Shown here piece after piece: positions 48,211-58,599 of a stretch of DNA of 64,000 nucleotides (its first letter is position 1; every line of letters starts with the position of its first letter). The position numbers and the translations under genes were made by a program. The notes beneath the pieces are model-generated. The model was not told the origin of the DNA. It saw only the letters and a list, made by a program, of their open reading frames with translations, and ran no database searches. Source of the DNA: Candidatus Velthaea sp. (lineage in GTDB: Bacteria; Vulcanimicrobiota; Vulcanimicrobiia; Vulcanimicrobiales; Vulcanimicrobiaceae); the NCBI GenBank assembly GCA_965214935.1, contig CBDCCS010000001.1, forward strand, positions 32,001 through 96,000, written 5' to 3'.

Positions 48211-49548
48211 TCACCCAACGCGAACGAGCATAGCATCACCCTGTCCGCCCCCGCTACAAATAGCGGCAATCCCAAGCCCGCCACCGCGCCGCCGCAGCTG
48301 ACTTACAACCGTACCAACAACGCGCGCCCCCGAAGCACCGATCGGGTGCCCGATCGCGACGGCCCCGCCGCGCGCATTGATTGCCTCAACCCCAAGTCCT
48401 AGCCGAGCAGCCGACGTCAAAGCAACCGCGGCAAAGGCTTCGTTGAATTCCCACACCGCAATGTCGCTCACGCGCAACTGGTGTTTGTCGAGCAACTTCT
48501 GCGCCGCCATTGCCGGCACGAGCGCGAGATACGGCGGATCCCAGCCGACGCTCACATGGTCGACGACGGTCGCCAGCGCTTCGACGCCGTTTGCCTTCGC
48601 ATAGCTGGCATGCGCGACAACCAGCGCCGCGGCGCCGTCGTTGACGCCCGGCGCATTACCCGCCGTAATCGTACCGGCTGTTTCGATCGGCTTGAGCTTA
48701 CCGAGCGCCGCGAGCGACGCATCGGGGCGAACCGGCTCGTCGCGTTCGACGCGCGTAAACGGCACTTCCCCGGTGATGTACGGCGAATACTGTTGCGGGT
48801 CCGCAATCATATTCTGCGGCGGAACGTGGTCCCAAACGCTGGTTTGACTGCGGTTGCCCGCGCCGACCGGAACGCGCGCGCGAGCCGGCGTCGGTACTGT
48901 GTCCACGACAATCTTGCCTTTGGCTTTACTCGCGACGTCGACCGGCACGATCTCATCGCTAAAATGGCCGGCGTCATGCGCGTCGCGCGCCCGCACGTGA
49001 CTATTGAATGCGAACTCATCTTGCAGTTGGCGTGTAACGCCGAGTTCGGCCGCGACTTTCGAGCTTGCCGTCGCCATGGCCTCATCGAAATAGTAATCCC
49101 AGAGACCATCACGGATCATCGCGTCGAGAACGGTCGCGTCGCCGAACCGGTAACCGTTGCGCGCACCGGGCAATAAGTACGGCGCGTTCGACATCGACTC
49201 CATGCCGCCGGCAGCGACCACGCGCGCATCACCCGCATTGATCATGCGCGCGGCGTGGGCAACGGCAAGCATACCCGAAGCACAAACCTTGTTGACGGTC
49301 TCGGCCGTCGTCGTTTTCGCGAACCCGGCCTTGAACGCGGCTTGACGCGCCGGCGCTTGGCCGACGCCGGCCCCGATAACCAAACCCATGATGACATGCT
49401 CGATGTCGGCAGCGTCGATACCGGCGCGCCTCACCGCGTTGCGCAGCGCTTCAGCGCCGAGCGTCGTAGCGCCGAGGCCGGCCAGCGCGCCGCCCAGCCG
49501 GCCGAACGGCGTCCGCGCCGCCGATAAAACAACCGCCTGTGAATCCAT
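48211..49548 (-). CDS. Acetyl-CoA C-acyltransferase (thiolase)
   Basis: NKVCASG, GGMESMSNAP, TAGNA, NEAFA, GHPIGASG, CSGGG. Confidence 0.95.
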   Translation of the reverse strand: MDSQAVVLSAARTPFGRLGGALAGLGATTLGAEALRNAVRRAGIDAADIEHVIMGLVIGAGVGQAPARQAAFKAGFAKTTTAETVNKVCASGMLAVAHAARMINAGDARVVAAGGMESMSNAPYLLPGARNGYRFGDATVLDAMIRDGLWDYYFDEAMATASSKVAAELGVTRQLQDEFAFNSHVRARDAHDAGHFSDEIVPVDVASKAKGKIVVDTVPTPARARVPVGAGNRSQTSVWDHVPPQNMIADPQQYSPYITGEVPFTRVERDEPVRPDASLAALGKLKPIETAGTITAGNAPGVNDGAAALVVAHASYAKANGVEALATVVDHVSVGWDPPYLALVPAMAAQKLLDKHQLRVSDIAVWEFNEAFAAVALTSAARLGLGVEAINARGGAVAIGHPIGASGARVVGTVVSQLRRRGGGLGIAAICSGGGQGDAMLVRVG

Positions 49549-49604
49549 GTGCGGCGATTCGTGTAAGCCGCATACGGTCCCGCAATAGAACCGCTACGGC
49601 GCGA

Positions 49605-50615
49605 TCAACGGGCGCCGACTTGCGTGCAGACGATCGTATCCGTGACGTCGCATGTCTCGCACTCGAACTGCACCGTGACGTGCGAGATTGCAAATTCATC
49701 GCGCATTGCAGCGTCGATACGTTGTAAGACCGCGGTCGCTTCACTGATCCGCCGGTCGTGCAACACGACATGCGCGGCAAGCGCGTGCGAACCCGAACCG
49801 ATCGTCCAAATGTGCAGATCGTGCACGTCGACCACGCCGTCGAACGAACGGATGCGATCGCGTACGACCGGCAACTTGGCGTGATCCGGTGCGCTCTCGA
49901 GCAGCACGTGACCGGCTTGACGAAGAATCGAAAAGACACCCGCGATGATGATCGCCGACACGAGGAGCGACAGCGCCGGATCGATCCACGCGGCATGGGT
50001 CGCAAGGATCGCCGCGCCGCCGATGATGACGGCGATCGCACCGAGCGCATCGCCGGCCACGTGCAGCACGGCGGCGCGCACGTTCATATTACCGTGCATC
50101 CCGCGCACGAGCATCATGCCGATCGCAAGATTGACGACGAGCCCGATCGCGGCAACGACCAGCATGAGCTGACCTTGCGGCTCAGAAGGCGCGGCAAAGC
50201 GGCGGATCGCTTCGATCGCAATGGCGATCGTTACACCGAAAAGCAGACCGCCGTTGGCCAGCGCGGCCAAAATCTCGAGCCGGGCGAAGCCGAACGTCTG
50301 ACGCAGGTTCGCCGGCCGGGCAGCCTGCAAACTTGCACCGAGCGCAATCGCGATTGCGACCACGTCCATCGTCACGTGCGCGGCATCGGACAATAACGCC
50401 AACGAGCCGGCTTTGAAGCCGCCGGCAAGTTCGAGCAACGCAATGAGCGACGTACCCATAAGGGCAAGCTTCAGCTTCGCCGGACCCGCTTGCACGTGGT
50501 CATGATCGTGGTCGTGGTCGTGGCTATGCGCGTGAGCGGCGGCGACCGGGGGGTGCCCGCCACGATCGCGCTGGTCGGAATCTTGATCGTGATCGACCGT
50601 GCGATTCGATCGCAT
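49605..50615 (-). CDS. Cation diffusion facilitator (CzcD/ZitB-like Zn/Co/Cd exporter)
   Basis: His/Asp-rich N-terminus, SLALLSDAAH, LHVAGD, VHDLHIW, HVTVQFE. Confidence 0.93.
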   Translation of the reverse strand: MRSNRTVDHDQDSDQRDRGGHPPVAAAHAHSHDHDHDHDHVQAGPAKLKLALMGTSLIALLELAGGFKAGSLALLSDAAHVTMDVVAIAIALGASLQAARPANLRQTFGFARLEILAALANGGLLFGVTIAIAIEAIRRFAAPSEPQGQLMLVVAAIGLVVNLAIGMMLVRGMHGNMNVRAAVLHVAGDALGAIAVIIGGAAILATHAAWIDPALSLLVSAIIIAGVFSILRQAGHVLLESAPDHAKLPVVRDRIRSFDGVVDVHDLHIWTIGSGSHALAAHVVLHDRRISEATAVLQRIDAAMRDEFAISHVTVQFECETCDVTDTIVCTQVGAR

Positions 50616-50620
50616 AGAAC

Positions 50621-51217
50621 CTACACTTGCAGTGCTTTGAGCGCAAGAACGGCGAGCATTGCGCCCAAGGTGACGAATGTCCGCGACTCGGCGCGGCCGA
50701 TGACGGACGGATCGTAAGACCCCAATCCGCCGGCTGCGGGTTCAAGCGCCGGAACGACGCGCGGTACTCGGCAAACATACTCATCGAACGCGGGTCCGAA
50801 CGTCGTTCGCAGATACGCTTCTTCGTACGGCACGATCACGGCGTACATGCCGAGCATCGAACCGAGTGCCACGGTCAGGATGCCGGCCCGCATTGCGGCG
50901 CCGTTGCCGCCGGTAAACGCCACGGCGAATCCGGCGGCCGTCACAAAGTTCCCGACGTAGAGCGGGTTGCGAACGTAGGCATACGGCCCGGCGGTGACGA
51001 GGGCAGGCGCTTCGACGGCGCTCGAACGCGTCGTGACACCGGAATAGCCGACGGCCCATGCGCGAATGGCTTCGCCCGCGAAGACCAGCGGCAGACCGGC
51101 CGCGATGGAAAAAGCGCTCGGTTTGCCGGCCACCACCAGTCCGACGGCCGGAAGCGCCAATAACGTGCCGCGCCGGCCGAAGATAAAAGCGTTGAGCCCG
51201 CCGGCAAGATCGCTCAT
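50621..51217 (-). CDS. Isoprenylcysteine carboxylmethyltransferase/PEMT-family membrane protein
   Basis: LVTAGPYAYVRNPLY.G, EEAYL..FG..FDEY...VPR. Confidence 0.85.
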   Translation of the reverse strand: MSDLAGGLNAFIFGRRGTLLALPAVGLVVAGKPSAFSIAAGLPLVFAGEAIRAWAVGYSGVTTRSSAVEAPALVTAGPYAYVRNPLYVGNFVTAAGFAVAFTGGNGAAMRAGILTVALGSMLGMYAVIVPYEEAYLRTTFGPAFDEYVCRVPRVVPALEPAAGGLGSYDPSVIGRAESRTFVTLGAMLAVLALKALQV

Positions 51218-52203
51218 CGGGTCGCCGGGTTCGCCCGACCGGCGTGCGCGACCCGTCCGCACGCGTCGGCATACACGTCGCGCAAGGCGGCCGCAAGCGC
51301 TATCGTCGGCATCCAGCCGGTCGCGGCCCGCAAACGGCCAGCATCGCCGGACAGCCGCGGCAGATCGGCCGGACGCAATCGCGCCGGGTCGTCGCGAATC
51401 TCGACACCGACACGAGCGATCGTTACGAGCAGGCGCAATATCTCTTTCATCGCGACGGCGTGTCCGCTCGCGACGTTATAAATTCCAGGCGCGCCCTGCC
51501 CTTCAAGCAGCAGAACGTAGGCGGCCACGACATCGCGCACGTCGAGGAAGTCGCGCTCGGCTTCGAGGTTGCCCACATGCAGTAACGGATCGCCGCCGGC
51601 GGCGATCCGTGCCAGAGCTAAGGCAAACGACGCGACGGCAAACCGCCCGTCTTGGCCCGGCCCGATATGATTGAAGGCGCGCGTAACGACCACGTCTAGC
51701 CCGTACGTGGCTGCATGCGCAAGCCCGTACGCCTCGGCCGCTATCTTACTTGCCGCATACGGATTTGACGGCCGCAGCGATGTTGCTTCGACTAGCGGAT
51801 ACGCGGCCGGCGGCTGTGGACCGTATACATCGGCGCTGCCGGCAATCAGCACGCGCGGACTTGCCGCGCCGGCATCGCGCGCGATCTTGACGGCTTCGAG
51901 CAGCCGTAGCGTTCCGCCGGCGTTTATGTCGTGCGTGGCCCAGGGGTCGGCAATCGCTTGCGGGATGAACGCTTGGGCGGCAAGATGTGCGACGGCATCC
52001 GCATGCGCGATATCGACGATACCGCGGACGCTGAGCGCGTCGCGCAAGTCAAGCGGAAGTTCGCCGGGCAGCGCCGGCCGCGCGTGGTCGGGCGATCGCG
52101 GTCCGGCACCAACGGCCGCGATGACGGTATGCCCGCGCGCCTCAAGTGCCGCACATAAATGACGGCCGACGAAACCGTTCGCGCCCGTAACGAGAACCCG
52201 CAC
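51214..52203 (-). CDS. rmd: GDP-4-keto-6-deoxy-D-mannose reductase-like SDR
   Basis: TGANGFVG, HLAAQA, PYAASK, RAFNHIGPGQ, GNL...RDFLDVRD; directly downstream of gmd. Confidence 0.75.
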   Translation of the reverse strand: MRVLVTGANGFVGRHLCAALEARGHTVIAAVGAGPRSPDHARPALPGELPLDLRDALSVRGIVDIAHADAVAHLAAQAFIPQAIADPWATHDINAGGTLRLLEAVKIARDAGAASPRVLIAGSADVYGPQPPAAYPLVEATSLRPSNPYAASKIAAEAYGLAHAATYGLDVVVTRAFNHIGPGQDGRFAVASFALALARIAAGGDPLLHVGNLEAERDFLDVRDVVAAYVLLLEGQGAPGIYNVASGHAVAMKEILRLLVTIARVGVEIRDDPARLRPADLPRLSGDAGRLRAATGWMPTIALAAALRDVYADACGRVAHAGRANPATR

Positions 52204-52218
52204 GTGCGCGCGGCGGGG

Positions 52219-53238
<1,020 letters not shown>

Positions 53239-53245
53239 TCAGGCA

Positions 53246-54793
53246 TTAATGTCGCTCATTGTCGGCACGCGGCACCGGCCGCCGCGCAGCGTCGCGCCAG
53301 CGGTTGTTCGCGAGTGCCGTCCATTGCGCGGACGTCGTCGCATCCCAATCAAAGAACGTCTCGCCGATCGCGCCCGCGGCCCGGGCGGCAACAACACTCG
53401 CAGCAACCTCGGCCGGCGGCGGCGCGCCATACCGGTTACCAAGATCCGCCGTTTGTCCGCCGATATCGATCGGTACGTTGCGCCCGGCCCGGCGTCGCAG
53501 TTCTTCGAACGAGCGGCCGAGTTCGACGCGCATGCCGTCGATCGACGTGCCCGCGCGACGCATGCGCCAATAGCACATCGGCTGCAGCACGTCGGCGCGC
53601 GCTGCAATCGCCGCATATGGAATTGCTGCCGAGGGTAGCCGCTCGAGATACGGATCTTCGACCGTTGCGATCAGTAAGACGCGCGGGCCGACCGCTGCGC
53701 GCAAGCGCGCAAGATACCGCGCGAGATCGGCGCTTGCCGCCGGGCCGGCGAAAAAATCGCTACCACGCTCCAAATCGACGGCAAGCCCGCTTACGTGATG
53801 TCCGGCCGTCGTGCGATACGCCGCGACGGCGACGCCGGCCGCGAGATCTTCGTAAGTGACCGCACGCGGCACCGTCCAGCCGATGACGGCAATCCCGTTG
53901 CGCGCCGCGCCGTCGATGAACCGGTCGATTGCGGGTTGCTGTGCCGGCGTGACCTCGTTGTATTCGCCGTACGACATGCGCAGTTCGACGGCCGCGATGC
54001 CGGCGGAACGTGCGCGGGCAAGCATGGCATCGACGTTCCATGCAGTTGCAGCATCGAATGAAAGCCACATTGCCGTGCCGCGTATGGTGTCGATCGACGA
54101 GCGCGGCAGCGCCGGCGGCATGTCGACGGCAATGACGATCGGATGCAGGTGCGGCCGCCGCACGAGATACGTATAATGCGCGCCCGGGAGCGCCGCGCTG
54201 TCGGTGAATGACGAGGCCGGAGCATACACGTCGATCGCGCTACGCGCGCGCCCGCCGCTGCGCTCGATACGAATCGCGCCGGCGGTTAGGCGCGGAAACC
54301 AGCCGATCGTGACGGCGTATGGTCCAAGTGCTCGCGCGCTCACGGGTGCGAGTCGCCAGGCGCGGGTATCGGTCGAGCGCTTCATTTGCCGCGGTAAACC
54401 CGCAATATCACTATCGACGACGATGGATACCGGACCGGCTTCGCGCAGCCGCACGATCGCAGCCGGATCGCCGAAGCGGACGCGCGGCTGCCACTGAACG
54501 CTAGCACCTCCGGCGCTGACATTCACATGTCCGCCGGACGGTAGATGCACGCGCTTACCGCCGGCATCGTAATATCGCATGCGCACGAGCAGCCGAGCTT
54601 CGCCGTCCGGCGAAACATCGAGCGGCACCATCTCGACACGGGCGCTCGTAGCGACCGCTGTCCGCGGCACGGCGGCTACGCGCGGCGGCGTCGCCGGCCG
54701 GCCGCAACTCGTCAACAGCGCGATCGAAAGCGTGATTCGAGCGTATGGAGTGAGTGCCGCTGGTAGCGCCGGCCGGCAGCGCACGCTAGTCAC
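53246..54793 (-). CDS. Putative lipoprotein with C-terminal glycoside-hydrolase-like TIM barrel
   Basis: Lipobox-like LLTSC; FN3-like SFTD...PG..Y.Y; barrel motifs AMWL, IGW, GLAVDLE, QPMCYW, FFDW. Confidence 0.6.
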   Translation of the reverse strand: MTSVRCRPALPAALTPYARITLSIALLTSCGRPATPPRVAAVPRTAVATSARVEMVPLDVSPDGEARLLVRMRYYDAGGKRVHLPSGGHVNVSAGGASVQWQPRVRFGDPAAIVRLREAGPVSIVVDSDIAGLPRQMKRSTDTRAWRLAPVSARALGPYAVTIGWFPRLTAGAIRIERSGGRARSAIDVYAPASSFTDSAALPGAHYTYLVRRPHLHPIVIAVDMPPALPRSSIDTIRGTAMWLSFDAATAWNVDAMLARARSAGIAAVELRMSYGEYNEVTPAQQPAIDRFIDGAARNGIAVIGWTVPRAVTYEDLAAGVAVAAYRTTAGHHVSGLAVDLERGSDFFAGPAASADLARYLARLRAAVGPRVLLIATVEDPYLERLPSAAIPYAAIAARADVLQPMCYWRMRRAGTSIDGMRVELGRSFEELRRRAGRNVPIDIGGQTADLGNRYGAPPPAEVAASVVAARAAGAIGETFFDWDATTSAQWTALANNRWRDAARRPVPRADNERH

Positions 54794-56324
54794 CGATGAG
54801 ACGTGACAGGACGCGCGCTCGAAGCGCCGCTAAATCGTCGGGCGAACCGAGCCAATCGTCGACCGACCAGGCGAATGTTACGGCGCCATGATGCAACGTC
54901 GCAAGGTAACCGGCAAGGCCGCGCGCGTGATTGACCGTCCCGGTTTTCGCAAACGTTCGGCCTTGCGCCAGGGTCCCGCGAAAGCTCCCTTGTAACGTGC
55001 CGCGGACGCCCGCGATCGGCAAGTCGTCGAGCACGATGTCGCGATTTGGACCGTTCCAGTCGGCTTGCAGAAGAGCAACGAGCGCGCGCGGCGAGATCCG
55101 ATCGTACGCCGAAAGTCCGCTGCCGTCCGCCAGCGTTAGAAAGGCCGGATCGATACCGATCCGGATCAACCACGATCGCTCGGCAGCGAGCCCGTTCGCG
55201 GTCGTGCCGTGCTGGTCTGCGGCGCGCAAACCGATCTCGCGCAGCAACATTTCCGCGATGAGATTGTCGCTGGGCAACCACATATCGGCGAGCAGATCCG
55301 CAAGCGGTTCGCCGTCGTGCATCCAGACGCTACGCGCTTCGGGCGGTACGGCGATCGATTGGTACGCCGCGTCGCTCGATGATAAGCGTGGCAAACGCGG
55401 CGGCTCGACGCCTCGTGCAGCAAAGCGACGAATCAAATGGCACAAATATGCCGTGGGCTCGACGCGTGCGACGCCAAGCGTTTGGGTCTCGCCGCCGAGC
55501 GGCACCGAGCCGACGATCTCGAAGCAATCGTGCAGCGCCGACCGGACGACATCGAGCGTTACGGGCACATCGGCGGCTGCGGTCGTTGCCTGCCGCGCGC
55601 TGACGGCATCCGATCGATCGGTGCAGCGCCCCCAGATCGGCTCCGGTGCGCTGGTATCGATCGCCGGCAGCTCGGCGACGACCGGCGCAGCGCCGATGAA
55701 CTTGCCGGGCGAAACGCTGAGCTGCAAAGCGTTTTCGCTAACCGGAACAGGCGCAAGTTGCGGCGCATAGTCGTAGACGAAATCGTCCCACGACCAGCCC
55801 GGCGGATACGGATCGGCGTCGAACCCGTTTGCATCGATCGCCGTTGCGAACGGCGGGCGAAAACCCGCTGCGACGGCGGCACGAGTGAAAGCCGCAACGT
55901 CGGCGATTGCCAGCAACGGGTCGCCGCCGGCCTTAAGGTACAGTGTCTGGTTCGGCGAGCCGAGATATGCCTCGGTATGGAAACGAAAATTCGGCCCGAG
56001 CAACGCGAGGGCCGCGCTGCCGGTAACGAGCTTGAGGGTCGACGCGGGCACGAATGCGTCGTCGGACTTGCGCGCGTAAACCACCTGGCCGCTGCCTGTA
56101 TCGACCGCCAGCAACCCCGTATGCGCACCGCGCAAGGTCGATGCGCCGTCAAGCAGCGCATCGAGATCGCGCGCGAGCCGGGTTTTGCCGGCATCCGTCC
56201 ACGGCACGCCGCCGATCGTCGGCTTCGCGACATCGCTGCCGGCGGTCCGGTCGACCGCGCCGGCACCGATCGGAAGCATCAGGCCAAGAACGAAGGTCAA
56301 CCCACCCGCGACCGCGCCGTTCAA
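54786..56324 (-). CDS. dacB: D-Ala-D-Ala carboxypeptidase/endopeptidase (S13, PBP4)
   Basis: PASTLK (SxxK), GGDP, SDN, DGSGLS, KTGT. Confidence 0.92.
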   Translation of the reverse strand: MNGAVAGGLTFVLGLMLPIGAGAVDRTAGSDVAKPTIGGVPWTDAGKTRLARDLDALLDGASTLRGAHTGLLAVDTGSGQVVYARKSDDAFVPASTLKLVTGSAALALLGPNFRFHTEAYLGSPNQTLYLKAGGDPLLAIADVAAFTRAAVAAGFRPPFATAIDANGFDADPYPPGWSWDDFVYDYAPQLAPVPVSENALQLSVSPGKFIGAAPVVAELPAIDTSAPEPIWGRCTDRSDAVSARQATTAAADVPVTLDVVRSALHDCFEIVGSVPLGGETQTLGVARVEPTAYLCHLIRRFAARGVEPPRLPRLSSSDAAYQSIAVPPEARSVWMHDGEPLADLLADMWLPSDNLIAEMLLREIGLRAADQHGTTANGLAAERSWLIRIGIDPAFLTLADGSGLSAYDRISPRALVALLQADWNGPNRDIVLDDLPIAGVRGTLQGSFRGTLAQGRTFAKTGTVNHARGLAGYLATLHHGAVTFAWSVDDWLGSPDDLAALRARVLSRLIGD

Positions 56325-57055
56325 ACCAGAACGCGACTCGCCATACTGCGCGCGATAAACGTTGCAACGTCGCTGGGCAACGTACCGCGTCCGAAACCCG
56401 CATCGTAGCCCAATTCGGCTGCAAGCAGGTTTGTCACGCGCGGTCCGCCGGCGATGAGAAGAACGGCATCGCGCAGATTTTCGGCTTCAAGCAGTTCGCC
56501 CAGCGCCGTGAAATTCGCGATATCGCTGCCCTTTTGCGTAACCACTTGCGAAACGAGCAGCGCATCGATCGAGCGGTCTTTGGTAAAGCGCACGAGCTCC
56601 TCGACGGAAATTTGCGCGCCTAAATTAAACACTTCGAGTTCGTGGTAGCGTTCGAGCCCGTAGTCGCCTTTGTAGCCCTTCATGTTCAGGATTGCATCGA
56701 TGCCGACGGTGTGCGCGTCGGTGCCGATACACGCGCCCGCCACGCGGACTTTCCGGCCAACCCGTAACCGGATCAATTCATCGACGCCGGCCATATCGAG
56801 CGCTTCACGTGTCGCACTCGGCGCCGCAATCGTCGAGACATCGATGCCGACCGGCGAACGTGCATAGACGACAAAAAATGAAAATCCGGATGCAATTTTG
56901 CGGCCCTCGACGACCGCAACGTCGGTAAACCCGATCTTGGCCACGAGCTGCCGCGCGCTCTCATCGGCCGCTTCGGTCCATTCGATCGGCAGCGTAAACG
57001 AAAGCTGCATTGCACCGTCGTCGAGCGTGTCGCCGTACGGCTTAACCACGTTCAC
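56321..57055 (-). CDS. kamE: Lysine 5,6-aminomutase beta subunit (B12-binding)
   Basis: PYGDTLDDGAMQLSFTLP, DAHTVGIDAILNMKG (DxHxxG plus PLP Lys), GYDAGFG. Confidence 0.95.
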   Translation of the reverse strand: MNVVKPYGDTLDDGAMQLSFTLPIEWTEAADESARQLVAKIGFTDVAVVEGRKIASGFSFFVVYARSPVGIDVSTIAAPSATREALDMAGVDELIRLRVGRKVRVAGACIGTDAHTVGIDAILNMKGYKGDYGLERYHELEVFNLGAQISVEELVRFTKDRSIDALLVSQVVTQKGSDIANFTALGELLEAENLRDAVLLIAGGPRVTNLLAAELGYDAGFGRGTLPSDVATFIARSMASRVLV

Positions 57056-58593
57056 GCCGGTACGGCCGGACGGAGAAGATCCTCGAAGGGATTCCAGTAA
57101 TCCGCGGCTTTCGCCATCACGCCCTCGAAGCCGCGTCCGCCGTCGGGCGGGCGCGAAACGTCCGCGAAGACTTTACCGGCAATCGATTCCATCAGACCGC
57201 GTTCCGCAACTTGGCCCAGCAATGCGACAGCCTCACCGAGCACGAACTGCGCGCGACGCTCGATGCGGCCGCCGGTTTTGAATTCGATCTCGTCCCCGAA
57301 ATGACGCGCGGTGCCCATGACATACTGCGCGTTGGATAGGGCGAGCGCGCGATCGCCCAAGAACGGCGTATGAATTGCCTCGGTGAGCATCCCGCATAAG
57401 TGAATCGTCTGACCGGTCATCACCGACGTGAGGTTGAACATCGCGTCGACCAAGTGACCTTTGAAGATATCGCCCGTCATGTGTTTCGTCGGCGGCATAT
57501 ATTTGAGCGGCGAGTCGGGAAAACATTGACGCGCCAGCTGAGCTTGTGCCAGTTGCAACAAGAAACCGTCTTCGAGATCCGGGTCGATCTCGTACGCATC
57601 ACCCAAGCCGATCTGCGCGTCCGCCATGCCGGCCCGATGTGCGAACGCCTCGTTGATAAATTGCGATGCAAGCACCGCAGGCGCTTGTTCGACCGCGTCG
57701 GCGGTCGTGAGGTAGTTATCTTCGCCGGTATTAATGATGATGCCGGACCGCGCGTTGAGCAGACGCGAAAAGTGCTGATCGACGAACGTGCGCTTCATAT
57801 TGATGTCGCGAAAGAGTATTCCGTACATCGAGTCGTTGAGCAGCATGTCGAGCCGTTCGAGCGCCGCGAGCGTTGCGATTTCGGGCATGCACAGCCCGCT
57901 CGCATAATTCGTGAGCATGACGTAGCGGCCGAGCCGCTCGGACACTTCGTCGAGCGCAGCGCGCATGATGCGAAAGTTTTCTTGCGTTGCGTACGTCCCG
58001 CCGAAGCCTTCGGTCGTTGCGCCGTACGGCACGTAGTCCAGCAACGATTGGGCAGTCGAGCGAATGACCGCAATAATTTGCGCCCCGGCTTCGGCTGCGG
58101 CGACGGCCGCCGTGCGGTCGGCGAAGATGTCGCCGCTGGCGACGATGACGTACAAGAACGGCGGCGGCGCTTGCGGCAGCCGGTGCAGCCAGGCGTCGCG
58201 CTCGCGGCGCCGTGCGTCGATGGCTTCGATGGCCCGCCGCGCGTACGGTGCGAGCGCAGCGCGAATCGCGGCGACCGGCGTTGCGGCCGGATCGGGCAGC
58301 GCTTCTCCGGCAACGAGCGCGTCGGCGATCTGCTGCGGCGTACGGCCGGTTTCCGCGACCGCTGCACCGATCGCGCGGGCAGCACCGCATGCCGGATCGG
58401 CGAGCGCGTCGACAATGCGATTGGCTAACGGGATCCCCTCGCGGTCGATGCCGTCGACACCGAGCAAACGGATCACCGAACGTTCGACGGCGACCGTCGT
58501 GTGACGTTCGATAAAATCGGAAATCGGATCGACGATCGCCGCCGCCAGCCGCCGCGCGTCGCTAACGGCGTCGCGATCGATACGCAACTGCAT
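57052..58593 (-). CDS. kamD: Lysine 5,6-aminomutase alpha subunit
   Basis: HTTVAVER, AVIRSTAQSLLDYVPYGAT.EGFGGTYATQENFR, NYASGLCMPE, NTGEDNY, KYMPPTK. Confidence 0.95.
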   Translation of the reverse strand: MQLRIDRDAVSDARRLAAAIVDPISDFIERHTTVAVERSVIRLLGVDGIDREGIPLANRIVDALADPACGAARAIGAAVAETGRTPQQIADALVAGEALPDPAATPVAAIRAALAPYARRAIEAIDARRRERDAWLHRLPQAPPPFLYVIVASGDIFADRTAAVAAAEAGAQIIAVIRSTAQSLLDYVPYGATTEGFGGTYATQENFRIMRAALDEVSERLGRYVMLTNYASGLCMPEIATLAALERLDMLLNDSMYGILFRDINMKRTFVDQHFSRLLNARSGIIINTGEDNYLTTADAVEQAPAVLASQFINEAFAHRAGMADAQIGLGDAYEIDPDLEDGFLLQLAQAQLARQCFPDSPLKYMPPTKHMTGDIFKGHLVDAMFNLTSVMTGQTIHLCGMLTEAIHTPFLGDRALALSNAQYVMGTARHFGDEIEFKTGGRIERRAQFVLGEAVALLGQVAERGLMESIAGKVFADVSRPPDGGRGFEGVMAKAADYWNPFEDLLRPAVPA

Positions 58594-58599
58594 GGCGCT

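Noticed and set aside
47469..48233. 254-aa plus-strand ORF
   Set aside because: Overlaps hbd antisense, runs through the repeats and palindrome, and has no recognisable motifs; likely open because of the skewed composition
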